Shown here piece after piece: positions 42,125 to 53,347 of a stretch of 64,000 nt of DNA. The position numbers were made by a program, and so were the translations under genes. Numbering within the stretch: position 1 is the stretch's first letter; each line of letters begins with the position of its first letter. The notes below the pieces were generated by a model. The model was not told the origin of the DNA and made no database searches. It saw only the letters and a list, made by a program, of their open reading frames with translations. The stretch is taken from positions 11,222,001-11,286,000 of the forward strand of contig CM102290.1 in the NCBI GenBank assembly GCA_046563655.1, in the 5' to 3' direction. This DNA comes from Yuukianura sp. NJ FZ-2021. Lineage: Eukaryota.

Positions 42125-43558
42125 ATAATAATAATAGATTATTGAAAAGTTTGCGAATATCCCTCCATGTTTTGTAATTTTTGAAGTGGTTGTCAAGAAA
42201 ATTATTTTAGGTGTTCAGTTTTAAGTGTGACTCACTTTAGAGACAACATTTTTCTTTTTGGATCTGAAAGTGTACGTCGAACCTTGGGATTTATGCAGAA
42301 AAACATTGTGCCCGGCATGTCCACAGCCAAACCAAAGAGTCAGACACTGGGTTGCCATTGACGCTTGGACATCGTCCTCACCTGGATCATGTATAATTGA
42401 TAGTGACAGCAGGACATGCCAAGCGGAAGCGGAAGAAACTAAAACAGTGACAGGCAATTTGTTTGAAAATTGAATTAAACTGTTTTCACTTCCTGAACAT
42501 TCCTTGACAAGAGCAAAAGGAAATGAACCAACTTTGTAAAATGTGGGATTTTGGCGCCATTTTTTTTATGTCGATTTTTGGTTACGACTATTGATTCGCA
42601 ATGAAAACCTGCTTTTGCACGTTCCAAATTTCGAGATAGTCAGTTTGACAAGGCATTTCAAGGGCACGGTTTTGTTTAATAAAATTTCATAATTAACAGC
42701 CTGTGACAGGTATCAATTCCATAAATTCGCCTCTTCCAGACTTTTTCTGGACACGTTTTAGACATCGATGGCCTGTCGAAATTTGCACTTTGTGTCATGT
42801 CTACTTTTTTTCCTTTGAAAATTCCGGTCATATTTTATGACAATGTCTCTTTGTTTTCATTTTTTTTTAAAGCAAAAGCTTTCCAGAACTTCTGACTTTG
42901 ATTTCGTTTAAGTTGCTAGTGTTGCGTTGTCCAATGTCTCCTCCAGGTTTCCTGGCTCCAGTTTCTGAATTCTAGAAGCTCCAATAATACTCATTACCGT
43001 CACGCAAGGAGCGTCTGAGTGCTTTTGGTTCATTGGAGCTATCCAACTATGACTAAGAGAGGGACTGGAAGGTGTCAACTTTGGAGGACATTTCGTTATT
43101 GTTGGTTCATTTCACATGCAAGATGTCAACAGAAAAATGGAAGTGGTTCCCCTCGTGTTCCTGTCCTGTCGTCGGATACTGTCGATATGAAAGTGAATTT
43201 TGGACGAGTATTTAGTATGGGACGATCCATCATTTGAACAGATTCCGCTCAAGCTTCCTGTGGGAAGCGCTTGGTTCCTATTGGCCATTCTATTATCCTC
43301 GGAATGGCATTCAAAGACAGCCGTTTTCGCATAAGAAACTGGGAAGGTATACCAGGCTGTTTCACTTTGAGGATGTTCTCACCGAAAGAAGGCTTGAAAT
43401 TTTGAAGATTTACTCAAAAGTGGAACGCTCTAGTATGTAACTAAATTGGAACATCAGATACCCCTTCACTACACATATTTCCCCAAATTTCACTCCACAA
43501 CGTAACACACATCTTGTACCGCGACACAACATATGATAGCACAATTATAGTACATTAC

Positions 43559-43755
43559 TAGACATGCCAAAAATATTTAGTTCCCATGCCTGTAATGTTA
43601 ACAAAATCAATATTTTGGGCTTTTTTATTACTAAATATTTATTGATTTTCCCATGCCCTTAATGTTAATTGAGTAAATATGTTGAGGTTTTTGATGAAAA
43701 ATATTTAATATTTAAATATTTCGTGGGTTTTTAGTAAATATTTTTTGCATGTCTA
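43559..43755. mobile_element. hAT-type MITE, 197 bp
   Basis: 21-bp TIRs TAGACATGC(C/A)AAAAATATTTA (43559-43579 and 43735-43755, 20/21 match). Perfect 8-bp target-site duplication TACATTAC (43551-43558, 43756-43763). An 8-bp TSD with a TAG terminus is typical of hAT elements. Confidence 0.88.
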
Positions 43756-44255
43756 TACATTACATAAGATTCGAATTCCATGTACCATGAAAAATGCATT
43801 TTACTTACATTACTCGGATGTTACAAATTTGCCATGGCGTGGTATAACGTTGTATTTAGCACTTAAACGTTTGAGAATGGTTTTCAAGTTTTGAGGATTT
43901 AACAGAAATTGAAATGATTTTACGCTTGTAGGACTACAGATTTATGCTAACACATAATTTTGAAATATTGAAAAAGAGTAAATTTTTTGAGGAAGTCTTC
44001 AGACGTTAGGTTGTTGTAGCCTTGGCCATATGTGAAAGTGAAAGTGAGAAATGGGACTTATGAATAAGAAAATCAATAGAAAAGTGAAAAGCTTTTGTGA
44101 AACACTTTTCTCCTGGCGGTGCTTTAGCACATACAAGCCAAACCCAGTGACCAACCACAGCACGAGCAGCTGTTGGCTTTCTTTTAGAAAACACTTTCAA
44201 CAAAAGACTCCCTTTGTTCGGTTAAAAACGAAATTCTATTCTGTTTTGTGTCAAA

Positions 44256-45794
44256 ATGGACCGAGGTCAAGTGTCTGAACTGAACGAAGAACTGAGAACC
44301 TTGGTCAAAGAGAGTCTGGAACAAGGCATCACGGGCCAAGACCTTCGCAACCTCCTGCAGCCAATCACGACACTTCTGCCGAAGAGCATGGGTAATGCAG
44401 GTCGCAAGGTCAAGGGTGGATGGACTGGAAGAATCAAGAGGGCCCTTAAGGCTGTCGTCATCATGGTAGCAGTGATGGCGGTTTGCACGGCATTTCTGTC
44501 TGGAGAAACGACGCATACCATACGATCAAGTGTCCGATTCCATGGATTGGCTCTCATCCGTATTGCACTGGTCAAGGTTAATTTTTGAAATTTTTCAAAA
44601 TTTTTGATTTAAAAAAAAAGATTATTAAAACCTATTGTTGTTACAGTTGCTTCCAATCTGGAATTGGACTGATCTGTACTACAGTCGATGTCTCATTCGG
44701 AATCCGTTCTATGAAGATCAAGAGCTAAAATTAGACGACTGCAATGTAATTAAAAAATTGTTATAAAATTTTGAAAATTAGAAAAATTTCATATTTTATT
44801 AATGTTTAGTTGTGTGAGACATTGGAAGACATTGAGCGGCTGGAAAACGTGAGTCAGTCAACGGTGATTGAAGAATTTATCAAACGGGAGAGACCGTTCA
44901 TCGTCACAGACGGAATGGAAGGCTGGCCAATCATGGCCACTGACCACTTTTGGTTTGACAACATTACTGAGGTCAGTGACCTTTGACCTCATTTCTAACA
45001 TGGCATAGCTTAACCTATGTTTGTTTTACTCAGCTCTACTTGAATCAGGAACAGTACAGAGTTTGTAACTTGAACACAAACCTGCGCATGGGCCAAACTG
45101 GTGACCTGGCAAAGGTACTTCGGAAACTCTACAGTCCGCACACGGAACAATGGTTTCTTCACTGGTAAAACCAAAAAATTCAGAAACAAGAAATTCTACG
45201 CTCAAAAAATGGCGAAAAACTTACAAAATAAAAAATGAAATAAAGAATTTATAAAACAGGGAGAATTGCCAAAAAGATGGAGCCAAGGTCACGCGTCAGT
45301 TTTATCGTCGCCCGTACTTCGTTACAAGCTCTCTCGACTTTACCGGTTCCAATTGGGTTCTCATGTCCTCTGACTTTCGTGGACGTGTTTACAAATCTGT
45401 AAGTATTTATTTCAACGTTACTAGGCCAATGACATTTAAACATTTGACCTTTGACCTTCACAGTTGGCCGTGCGTGACAGTTTGTCGATGCTGTATCAAA
45501 TGCGAGGGTCAAACCACATGAGGCTCAGCCCCAGAGAGACTTGCCGAGCGCACTGCCCCGAATTGGCGTTCACGCTCTATGAAGGAGAAATTCGTAAGCT
45601 ACAAAAACGGAATCATTTTTTCAAAACCGGAATTCAAAAAATGCTTTAAAAACCTTGTACATGTTCCAAATTTTACATGTTGGTGCGCTCTAGTGGTGGT
45701 AACCAACCTTCTGTGGTCAGTGGAGTACATTCCAGGAGAAAACGGCGACAACTTGGCAATTTTGTCCGAAGTTTCATGGCCGTCACTCGAGTAA
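44256..45794 (+). CDS. C6orf89/BRAP (bombesin receptor-activated protein)-like membrane-anchored protein, 7 exons, 360 aa
   Basis: Exons 44256-44576, 44647-44745, 44810-44971, 45034-45164, 45260-45398, 45464-45593, 45694-45794; all GT-AG, phases consistent, 1083 nt including stop. N-terminal hydrophobic helix (AVVIMVAVMAVCTAFL). Motifs IRIALVKLLPIWNW, DCNLC, RPFIVTD, WENC..RQFYRRPYF, LSPRETCRAHCPELAFTLYEGEILVV match my recollection of the C6orf89 family. Gene structure is strong; family call is moderate. Confidence 0.8.
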
Positions 45795-46104
45795 AAATTT
45801 GACTCTTGAAAAAAATGAAAATTAAAATTTTCAAAACTTGTCAAATATTAAACTTCACAAATCAAAACAAAAGTTATTAGAATTGTGCTGCGAATTAGAA
45901 CCTTTATACAAAAAGGATTCATTAAAAACAAGTTCTGCGCATGTCCTGTCCACTAACCCATTCTTTGCTAATTTATGTTATATTAAACCATAGTAAACAC
46001 CGTCACAATGTACGCGAAGGCCTGTGACAATGATTCATACGCTTGAAGCACCAGGTCAAAGGTCAAGGTAACCTATATAAAACGTTGTCCGTCTCAATGA
46101 GGTT

Positions 46105-46189
46105 ACCCAGCGATCGTAATGGCTTCGATCTCCGATTTAGGATCGGAGATCGGGGAGCGTAGGATCGCTGGGTTGGGATCGCGAAAGTG
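46105..46189. repeat. GC-rich hairpin and left copy of a 64-bp direct repeat flanking the satellite island
   Basis: ACCCAGCGATC (46105-46115) pairs with GATCGCTGGGT (46163-46173); CGATCTCCGAT (46126-46136) pairs with ATCGGAGATCG (46142-46152). 46126-46189 matches 47704-47767 at 55/64. Confidence 0.85.
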
Positions 46190-47657
46190 AAAAAGAGTGA
46201 TTTTCCTACTAAATTTTTAACCTTTTGGAATTTGGAATTATGTTATTTAAAAAGAGTGATTTTCCTACTAAATTTTTAACTTTTTGGAATTTGGAATTAT
46301 GTTATTTAAAAAGAGTGATTTTCCTACTAAATTTTTAACTTTTTGGAATTTGGAATTATGTTATTTAAAAAGAGTGATTCTCCTACTAAATTTTCAACGT
46401 TTCGGAATTTTGGAATTATGTTATTTAAAAAGAGTGATGATTTTCCTACTAAATTTTTAACTTTTTGGAATTTGGAATTATGTTAATTAAAAAGAGTGAT
46501 TTTCCTACTAAATTTTTAACTTTTTGGAATTTGGAATTATGTTATTTAAAAAGAGTGATTTTCCTACTAAATTTTTAACTTTTTGGAATTTGGAATTATG
46601 TTATTTAAAAAGAGTGATTTTCCTACTAAATTTTTAACTTTTTGGAATTTGGAATTATGTTATTTAAAAAGAGTGATTTTCCTACTAAATTTTTAACTTT
46701 TTGGAATTTGGAATTATGTTATTTAAAAAGAGTGATTCTCCTACTAAATTTTCAACGTTTCGGAATTTTGGAATTATGTTATTTAAAAAGAGTGATGATT
46801 TTCCTACTAAATTTTTAACTTTTTGGAATTTGGAATTATGTTAATTAAAAAGAGTGATTTTCCTACTAAATTTTTAACTTTTTGGAATTTGGAATTATGT
46901 TATTTAAAAAGAGTGATTTTCCTACTAAATTTTTAACTTTTTGGAATTTGGAATTATGTTATTTAAAAAGAGTGATTTTCCTACTAAATTTTTAACTTTT
47001 TGGAATTTGGAATTATGTTATTTAAAAAGAGTGATTTTCCTACTAAATTTTTAACTTTTTGGAATTTGGAATTATGTTATTTAAAAAGAGTGATTTTCCT
47101 ACTAAATTTTTAACTTTTTGGAATTTGGAATTATGTTATTTAAAAAGAGTGATTTTCCTACTAAATTTTCAACGTTTGGAATTTGGAATTATGTTATTTA
47201 AAAAGAGTGATTTTCCTACTAAATTTTCAACTTTTTGGAATTTGGAATTATGTTATTTAAAAAGAGTGATTTTCCTACTAAATTTTCAACGTTTCGGAAT
47301 TTTGGAATTATGTTATTTAAAAAGAGTGATGATTTTCCTACTAAATTTTTAACTTTTTGGAATTTGGAATTATGTTAATTAAAAAGAGTGATTTTCCTAC
47401 TAAATTTTTAACTTTTTGGAATTTGGAATTATGTTATTTAAAAAGAGTGATTTTCCTACTAAATTTTTAACTTTTTGGAATTTGGAATTATGTTATTTAA
47501 AAAGAGTGATTTTCCTACTAAATTTTTAACTTTTTGGAATTTGGAATTATGTTATTTAACAAGAGTGGTTTTCCTACTAAATTTTTAACTTTTTGGAATT
47601 TGGAATTATTTAAAAAGAGTGATTTACCTACTAAATTTTTAACGTTTTAAAATTTGG
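46190..47657 (-). repeat. Inverted island of the 59-bp satellite, ~25 copies, distinct sub-variant
   Basis: Unit AAAAGAGTGATTTTCCTACTAAATTTTTAACTTTTTGGAATTTGGAATTATGTTATTTA is the reverse complement of the main monomer with 3 consensus differences. Confidence 0.98.
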
Positions 47658-47703
47658 GTTCCGATCCCCGCTCTTTGAGCCTGTCCGGCGATCTTACTCG
47701 AGG

Positions 47704-47767
47704 CGATCCCCGACCTGGGATCGGAGTTCGGGGAGCCTAGGATCGCTGGGTTGGGATCTTAAAAGTG
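47704..47767. repeat. Right copy of the 64-bp GC-rich direct repeat flanking the satellite island
   Basis: CGATCCCCGACCTGGGATCGGAGTTCGGGGAGCCTAGGATCGCTGGGTTGGGATCTTAAAAGTG, 55/64 identical to 46126-46189. Confidence 0.85.
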
Positions 47768-48085
47768 CCGAACAATGACCTAAAAAAAACATTTGAAAAA
47801 CTTTTTTTCAAAATTAATAGCTGGTGTACCAATTTGACACGTGCCGAAGTTGAAAAGTACTTGACATGAATTGTTACTCCTTTTTGTTGTTGCTAAATTT
47901 GTAGTTCATTGTTAAAGTTCACCAGTCCCTATCTTTGTCTATTTACGGTTAATCCAGAACCACAAAAGTGATTCAACCATTTTCCAGTAAATTCAATTTA
48001 CAACTAAAATTCCTGCAACTGTCACTTTCGGAACAATAAAATACAACAATACTCGACAGTTTGATGAATGCGTTTCAGATACCCT

Positions 48086-48119
48086 TATAAAGACTTACCA
48101 AAGAGCGCAGGTTTTAGTT
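48086..48119 (+). promoter_or_regulatory. TATA box plus initiator of the astacin-DM9 gene
   Basis: TATAAAG at 48086-48092 and Inr-like TTAGTT at 48114-48119 (A at 48116, 30 nt after the TATA start). The ATG is at 48154. Spacing matches arthropod TATA/Inr core promoters. Confidence 0.65.
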
Positions 48120-48153
48120 TCTAGTAACTGCTACCGAAATCCTTGTTATCGAA

Positions 48154-49777
48154 ATGAAACATTTAATCGTGCTTGCCGTTGCCTTTAGTCCTTTCGTCCA
48201 GGTAAAATATATCTGAACTAGCAACTTCTTGCCACCACCGAATGGTGGCGAGTTTGCTAATATTTTTAACGCTTTTTATTTTAACGCGATTAATTCTGTA
48301 GATTAATTTCCTTAATTAAAAAGTTCGAGGCTTTTCCGGTAAACTCTTTTGTTAGGTGAAAAAAAAACTAGGTATTGAGCTAATGGACATTTGTCCACAC
48401 GAGAGATGCGAACTAATCAAGGTTTTTTTTTAGCTAATAATAGATTAGGTTTTCTTCTATAGAAATTTTGGTGCTAAACTAATATTTTTTGCCGTATTAT
48501 TTACTCTTGTTAGGTCACCCGTTTCAGACCGGATATTGTTTAGCCTACTTACATTTTTTTGTAACTAAGCGAAGTAGAGAATCCATCGCCTAATCTACCC
48601 AGATGCTCAATTGTACCAACATATTTGTTAAACATTACGACATTGCACGCTACTAATTTGTTCCAATTGCATGTACGCAGGCACAGCAGCCAACATGCGC
48701 CAAGCAGAAATGGATTAACGGCCGCGTCCCGTACATAACCCGCAACTTTAATCCAAACGAAGAAGAGACTACCGCTTTGCGACAAGCAATTGACAAAATC
48801 CAATCGAAGTCATGCGTCCGTTTCGTTCCAAGAAATTGGGAGCGGGATTTCCTAACAATAACCCGTGATGACAGTAATGGTTGTGCCGGCGTGGGTCCGT
48901 GCGACGTTATGACAATCTCTCGAAATTGTCGGGATCGTCCCGTCTTTGAACACGAATTGCTGCATGTCCTCGGGCGGAGCCACGAACAGGATCGGGCGGA
49001 TCGAGACAAATACATTCGCTGGGATCGGCACAAGCCCGGCTGTCACTCCGACTCTGACAGCCAAGGACCACCAGCAAATAATGATCCAGAAGCGTTGGAC
49101 ATTTTTTACGACTACGTGAGCCACGTTGCTGACTGGGGAGAATGCATACGCGCCAAGTTACCAGGGAATATTGAGGTTGGCTCGGGAAGGAGGCGAACAA
49201 TTGCCGTCTTGGACTTTGACAAGATGAACGCTGTCTTTAATTGCCAAGGTAAATACGTGACAAAATTCAACATTATTTGGCGCTAATCTTAGCTTTGATA
49301 GGCTGCTTCGCGCACCGTTGGAGAAAAATTTCCGATGACAGATGGCGACAAAATCCGTTCATTGCTGGGCACGAACTTGGAGGTACGCCGTTCCACATTT
49401 GCCGCGTGTACCATGAAGGGCACATCTTGGTCGGAAAGTCGCTTCCTAACGAGAGAAAATGCTACGTTGAACAGTCCGGTCGGGAGTATTTGTACGAATC
49501 TGATTTTGAAGTGTTTACGTTTCCTTCGAATCAACGTGAGCAGATGAGGTGGGAAAGAGGAAGGAAGGGACAGCGACTTTCGGATCAAGCTGTCTTAGGA
49601 GGCAGAACTGCCATTGAGAGGGAGACATTGTACATTGGTCGCTGTAGTTTGCGCAACTCTGGCTCAGACACTGTCATCCCGGGTTATATTAATGAAAATA
49701 ATATAATGTTAAATGTCCCATTTGGTGGAGGGTCTCGTGACTGTGGTGATGAGTTTGAGTATTTAGTATGTGGCTAA
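48154..49777 (+). CDS. Secreted astacin-like (peptidase M12A) zinc metalloprotease fused to two C-terminal DM9 repeats, 3 exons, 363 aa
   Basis: Exons 48154-48201 (signal peptide MKHLIVLAVAFSPFVQ), 48681-49248, 49302-49777; GT-AG, in phase. Astacin motifs WINGRVPY, SCVRFVPR, HELLHVLGRSHEQDRADRD, YDYVS, DFDKMNAVFNC. DM9-like repeats AGHELGGTPFHICRVYHEGHILVGK...CYV...FEV and AVLGGRT..RETLYIGR...IPG...VPFGG...FEYLV. Confidence 0.88.
48218..48259 (-). mobile_element. Helitron 3' terminus in intron 1 of the astacin-DM9 gene (5' end not resolved)
   Basis: Minus strand reads GCCACCA-TTCGG-TGGTGGC (7-bp hairpin), 9 nt, then CTAG|T (CTAG at 48218-48221): the canonical Helitron hairpin plus CTRR followed by T. 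Confidence 0.6.
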
Positions 49778-50250
49778 TCGACCAGTTCTTTGTTTTGATT
49801 ATTTGTTATAACAAATAAATTTGGTCACCTTGAAAAAATATAGTGTAACAATCGTCATTTGCACTAAAGAAATTAAAATTTCTAATAATGATACATATTT
49901 TTGTGAATTCAGGAACGAAGAGTTTACAGCTCTATCGCCTTTCATTTCTAAGATATGAATTTTCATAGTTTTTGAAAAATTTAAATAAAATTTTGAAAAT
50001 TTATATCCGACAACGGAAAAACGATAGAGAGCTAACCTCTTCTGGAAGAACTTTCCAAAAACCTTACAAAGTCCAACAAATAATGAAAAGTCCAAAATCG
50101 AGTATCAAGTTTTTCGTCAAATTTTGAAAAAATTCATGGAAAAAATCCACGGAAAAATCCATGTTTTTATGAAATTTTGTCAAAATCTGAGGGCACCTTT
50201 TTAAAATTTGTAAAAAATACTACATATTTTTGAACTTTTACTAACATATA

Positions 50251-50955
50251 CAGTGGATTCTCTAAATAAGGGAAAAAATCACGATTGGAGGATTGGTAGT
50301 AGGCGCCTCCCCCAGTACCGTAAGATTTCTGGTAAACGGTCAGTTATATGGAATTTAAGGCTAGGAACACCATTCTAATGAAAATTTCCTGTTTCGAAGT
50401 TCAGAGTATATAATTAATATTAATATACATAATATTCATATATTAATGCTAATTATATGTGATATCTATATACGTATCAATATTATATGGTATATTATAT
50501 GCAAATTACATTGTGAATGTCACCCTTATTAAACAGGTTATATAATATAATATATTATATACAGTGCGCAGTTACGCAGTTTCTGCGCAGTTTGTGCGCA
50601 GTTGCGCAGTTTGTGCGCAGTTGCGCAGTTTGTGCGCAGTTGCGCAGTTTGTGCGCAGTTGCGCAGTTTGTGCGCAGTTGCGCAGTTTGTGCGCAGTTGC
50701 GCAGTTTGTGCGCAGATACATATATATATAATATATATTATATATATATATATTAATATTAGTTAATTCCATTTAATTATCTAATTACTTTTGTTTCGCA
50801 CCAAAAAAAATTAACCAAAAAAAAAACAATCGTAAAAAATAAGCCGATAAACTGAAACATACGTTCCCTCCAAAATTAAAACTTTACGGTACCGCGACTT
50901 CGAGTGAAAGTGAGAAAGAGGAGGAGCTCCTGTCCCTTATTTAGAGAATCCACTG
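50251..50955. mobile_element. Tc1/mariner-superfamily (pogo-like) MITE, 705 bp
   Basis: Perfect 23-bp TIRs CAGTGGATTCTCTAAATAAGGGA (50251-50273 and 50933-50955) with TA on both sides (50249-50250, 50956-50957). No transposase ORF. Confidence 0.92.
50565..50715. repeat. 19-bp minisatellite (TGCGCAGTTTGTGCGCAGT)n, ~8 copies, inside the MITE
   Basis: Period 19 (for example 50641 and 50660), built from alternating 8- and 11-nt subunits each containing the palindrome TGCGCA; flanked by (TA)-rich tracts. Confidence 0.95.
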
Positions 50956-53347
50956 TAGTAGCTTTCAATTTTGGAGGGACTAATTAAAATGGTTTTTGAC
51001 GAACTTGAAAAAAAAATTTTTTCCCCCAAATTCCAAATTTTCTAAAATTTTGCAGATAAGCGGTGGCAATATTTTCATGGTTGGATTTTATTTTCATCCC
51101 AGAGATCAACTTTGATTTATCAGGTTGTGTTACACACAGTTTACAGTTTCGAAATGAATTTTTTTTTGAATTTCAATTTGTTAATTGTTTTTCCTTATTA
51201 ACAATTTAGTGATTGCTTCATTTTCTTTTAAACATTTTAATTTAACTTTTTATATTTTAGAGTAATAGTTAGTAAACGTAACTTGTTTCAACTTTTTTTA
51301 AATTTTTAAATAGTGGTTGAGGAATTTTGGTTTGTTGTAGTATATTATCATATTTTAAAGAATTACATTTTAAATTAATAGATTTAATTATAGATTAATT
51401 ATTAAAATGATTTTTACTGGTTACTTTTGGAACAGGATAACATTCAATGTAAACCATTGTTTTCTGATTCAGTTTTTTAAGTATTTCAAGTCATAAACTC
51501 CTATTTTAATTAGTAATACTTAATCTTTGAATTTAATAACATTTTGAAAAAAAAAAGTTAGGTTATTCAACTTAGTTTTTAACACTATGCATATAATACT
51601 TATAACGATTATTCATAATAATTATTTTATTAAATATGTTTAGTTTTAGTTACAATTAGTTAATGATCAAGGTCTTATTCAGATTTGGATTTGTTTTTAA
51701 ATATAATATAGAAATTCAACAATTTCGACGCTAGCTTCCCTTTTTGTTGTTCCTATTTACTATAATGCTATGTGTTTTTGAAAAAGAATCGATTTAAAAA
51801 AAATTGTTGAAATTTTAACAGATGTTGGGACACGCTTGGGTTCTGTTGTTTGTTTGTTTCAAAATTAATGTTTAAGTTGTACTAAAAAAGTTAATTGTCA
51901 AGTCGGTTAATTTAAATTTCAGTTATGTTAGTTAAATTTTTATGTTAGGTTTCTTCTTATAGTTTAAATAATCAAGTTAGAGTGGCAATTTCATCCAAGG
52001 CTCTTTTCATTGTCTTACAGAAAGCTTTGAATTTTAAAAAAATTGAAAGTAACCTCTTCACTTTAACTCATTTAAAAACTCCATTAACTCCATAACTCAT
52101 TTAAAAACAAAGTTCGAAATTCAAAAAAATTTATTTTGAACGAATTTTTTTAAAACGGACTTTGAGTAAAATTATGCTTTTTAGTTCAGAAATTCCTGCT
52201 CTTTATTTTACAACGCTGCGTGTCTCAAGATGGGTTCTTTTAAAAATTTTGTTAAAATTAATTAAAATCTTGTTAAATTGTTAAAATTAGGTGTTAATTG
52301 ACAACAAAAAAAGAAGGCCTTGCCAATCATTCTGCTTGCCATTTTCATGTTGTACTCAATGAGGTAAAAAATGAACTTTTCAATTCCTGCTCAACTGGAC
52401 CAGTAATTATTTTTCCTGTTCCACTGAAGGGAGATGTTAAGCGTCAGAGAATCAAATTATTTGCTATGAATTATGCGTACTGTTTGGAAGAAAGGAATTC
52501 CGCTTAACGCAGAGAACCTTCCCTATACGTCCCTTAAGGTTGGTAAATCCTTGGGAGTGAACCGAGCGTTCCAAACTAAACTGCATTGTCCCGCCATTTT
52601 GAATTTTAACGAAGTCACTTGATTACTCGAATCACGTGATGATTGTTACCGTAAATGAACGTTCTCAACACCTATTGGTGGAAACTTCTCTAATTCAATT
52701 GAAAACATTAACTGCCACTGTTAGGAAGTGTAGCGGTTTTCCGGTAACGGTAGCGGTAGCGGTTTTCCGGGAAACATTTCATCATGTGACTATGTTCAAA
52801 TGGCAGGGAAAAGCGGTACAGTTTGAAACATACGTTTGAATAAGTTTATCGTAAAGGTTCTTTTTTTTATAATAGGCCAGGCGAGGAGAGTCTCTCAAGC
52901 ACTGCCGCCTTGTCACGGTCACACCCCGATTTCCCGCTCAATTCAAATACTTGCTGTTCATACTAGTTGTCTAACAAACCTGCGCGGACTGATTTAGGTG
53001 CCTAAGTTTACTAAACATACTAGAGGTCAAAGGTTAGGTTGAAGAAGTAAAAGGTCACGGAGAGAGACTCTTGATATGTCGTCAATGTCAACGTCAGTGT
53101 CAACTGATACGTCAATTAGAGTTTCAGTTGACTGCGAATGTGCTATGGATTGGTTTTTAGGGAAGAAAAGGCGTCCGTAAGGAGAACACAACGTCTTTGG
53201 TTTACTTTTCAAATAACTTTGTTCTAAACATTTTTTCTTAAACATTTTACACCCCTCACCCTACGTTATTCCTCTGTCCATTTTTGTAGAACTTTTAGCA
53301 CTTTTGTAAAGCCACTCGAGTACTTTCCTCCTAAGAGCTATTTAGTC

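Noticed and set aside
43019..43440. Two short + strand ORFs
   Set aside because: Non-ATG starts, no recognisable domain and no consistent splice structure found.
46137..46141. TTAGG in the hairpin loop as an arthropod telomere seed
   Set aside because: Single pentamer, not conserved in the right-hand copy; expected by chance.
47059..47352. 97-aa repetitive ORF
   Set aside because: Translation of satellite monomers kept open by chance indels; starts at TTG.
48580..48604. 5' end of the intronic Helitron
   Set aside because: Two candidate TC starts on the minus strand (near 48580 and 48603); cannot choose without other family copies.
48549..49588. Minus-strand ORFs overlapping the astacin-DM9 gene
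   Set aside because: Antisense shadows of a well-supported + strand CDS.
50517..50772. ORFs with CAVAQF/RNCA repeats on both strands
   Set aside because: Products of the 19-bp minisatellite inside a MITE.
52729..52770. GTAGCGGTTTTCCGG short duplication
   Set aside because: Only a ~15-bp local duplication with no TIR or TSD that I could define.
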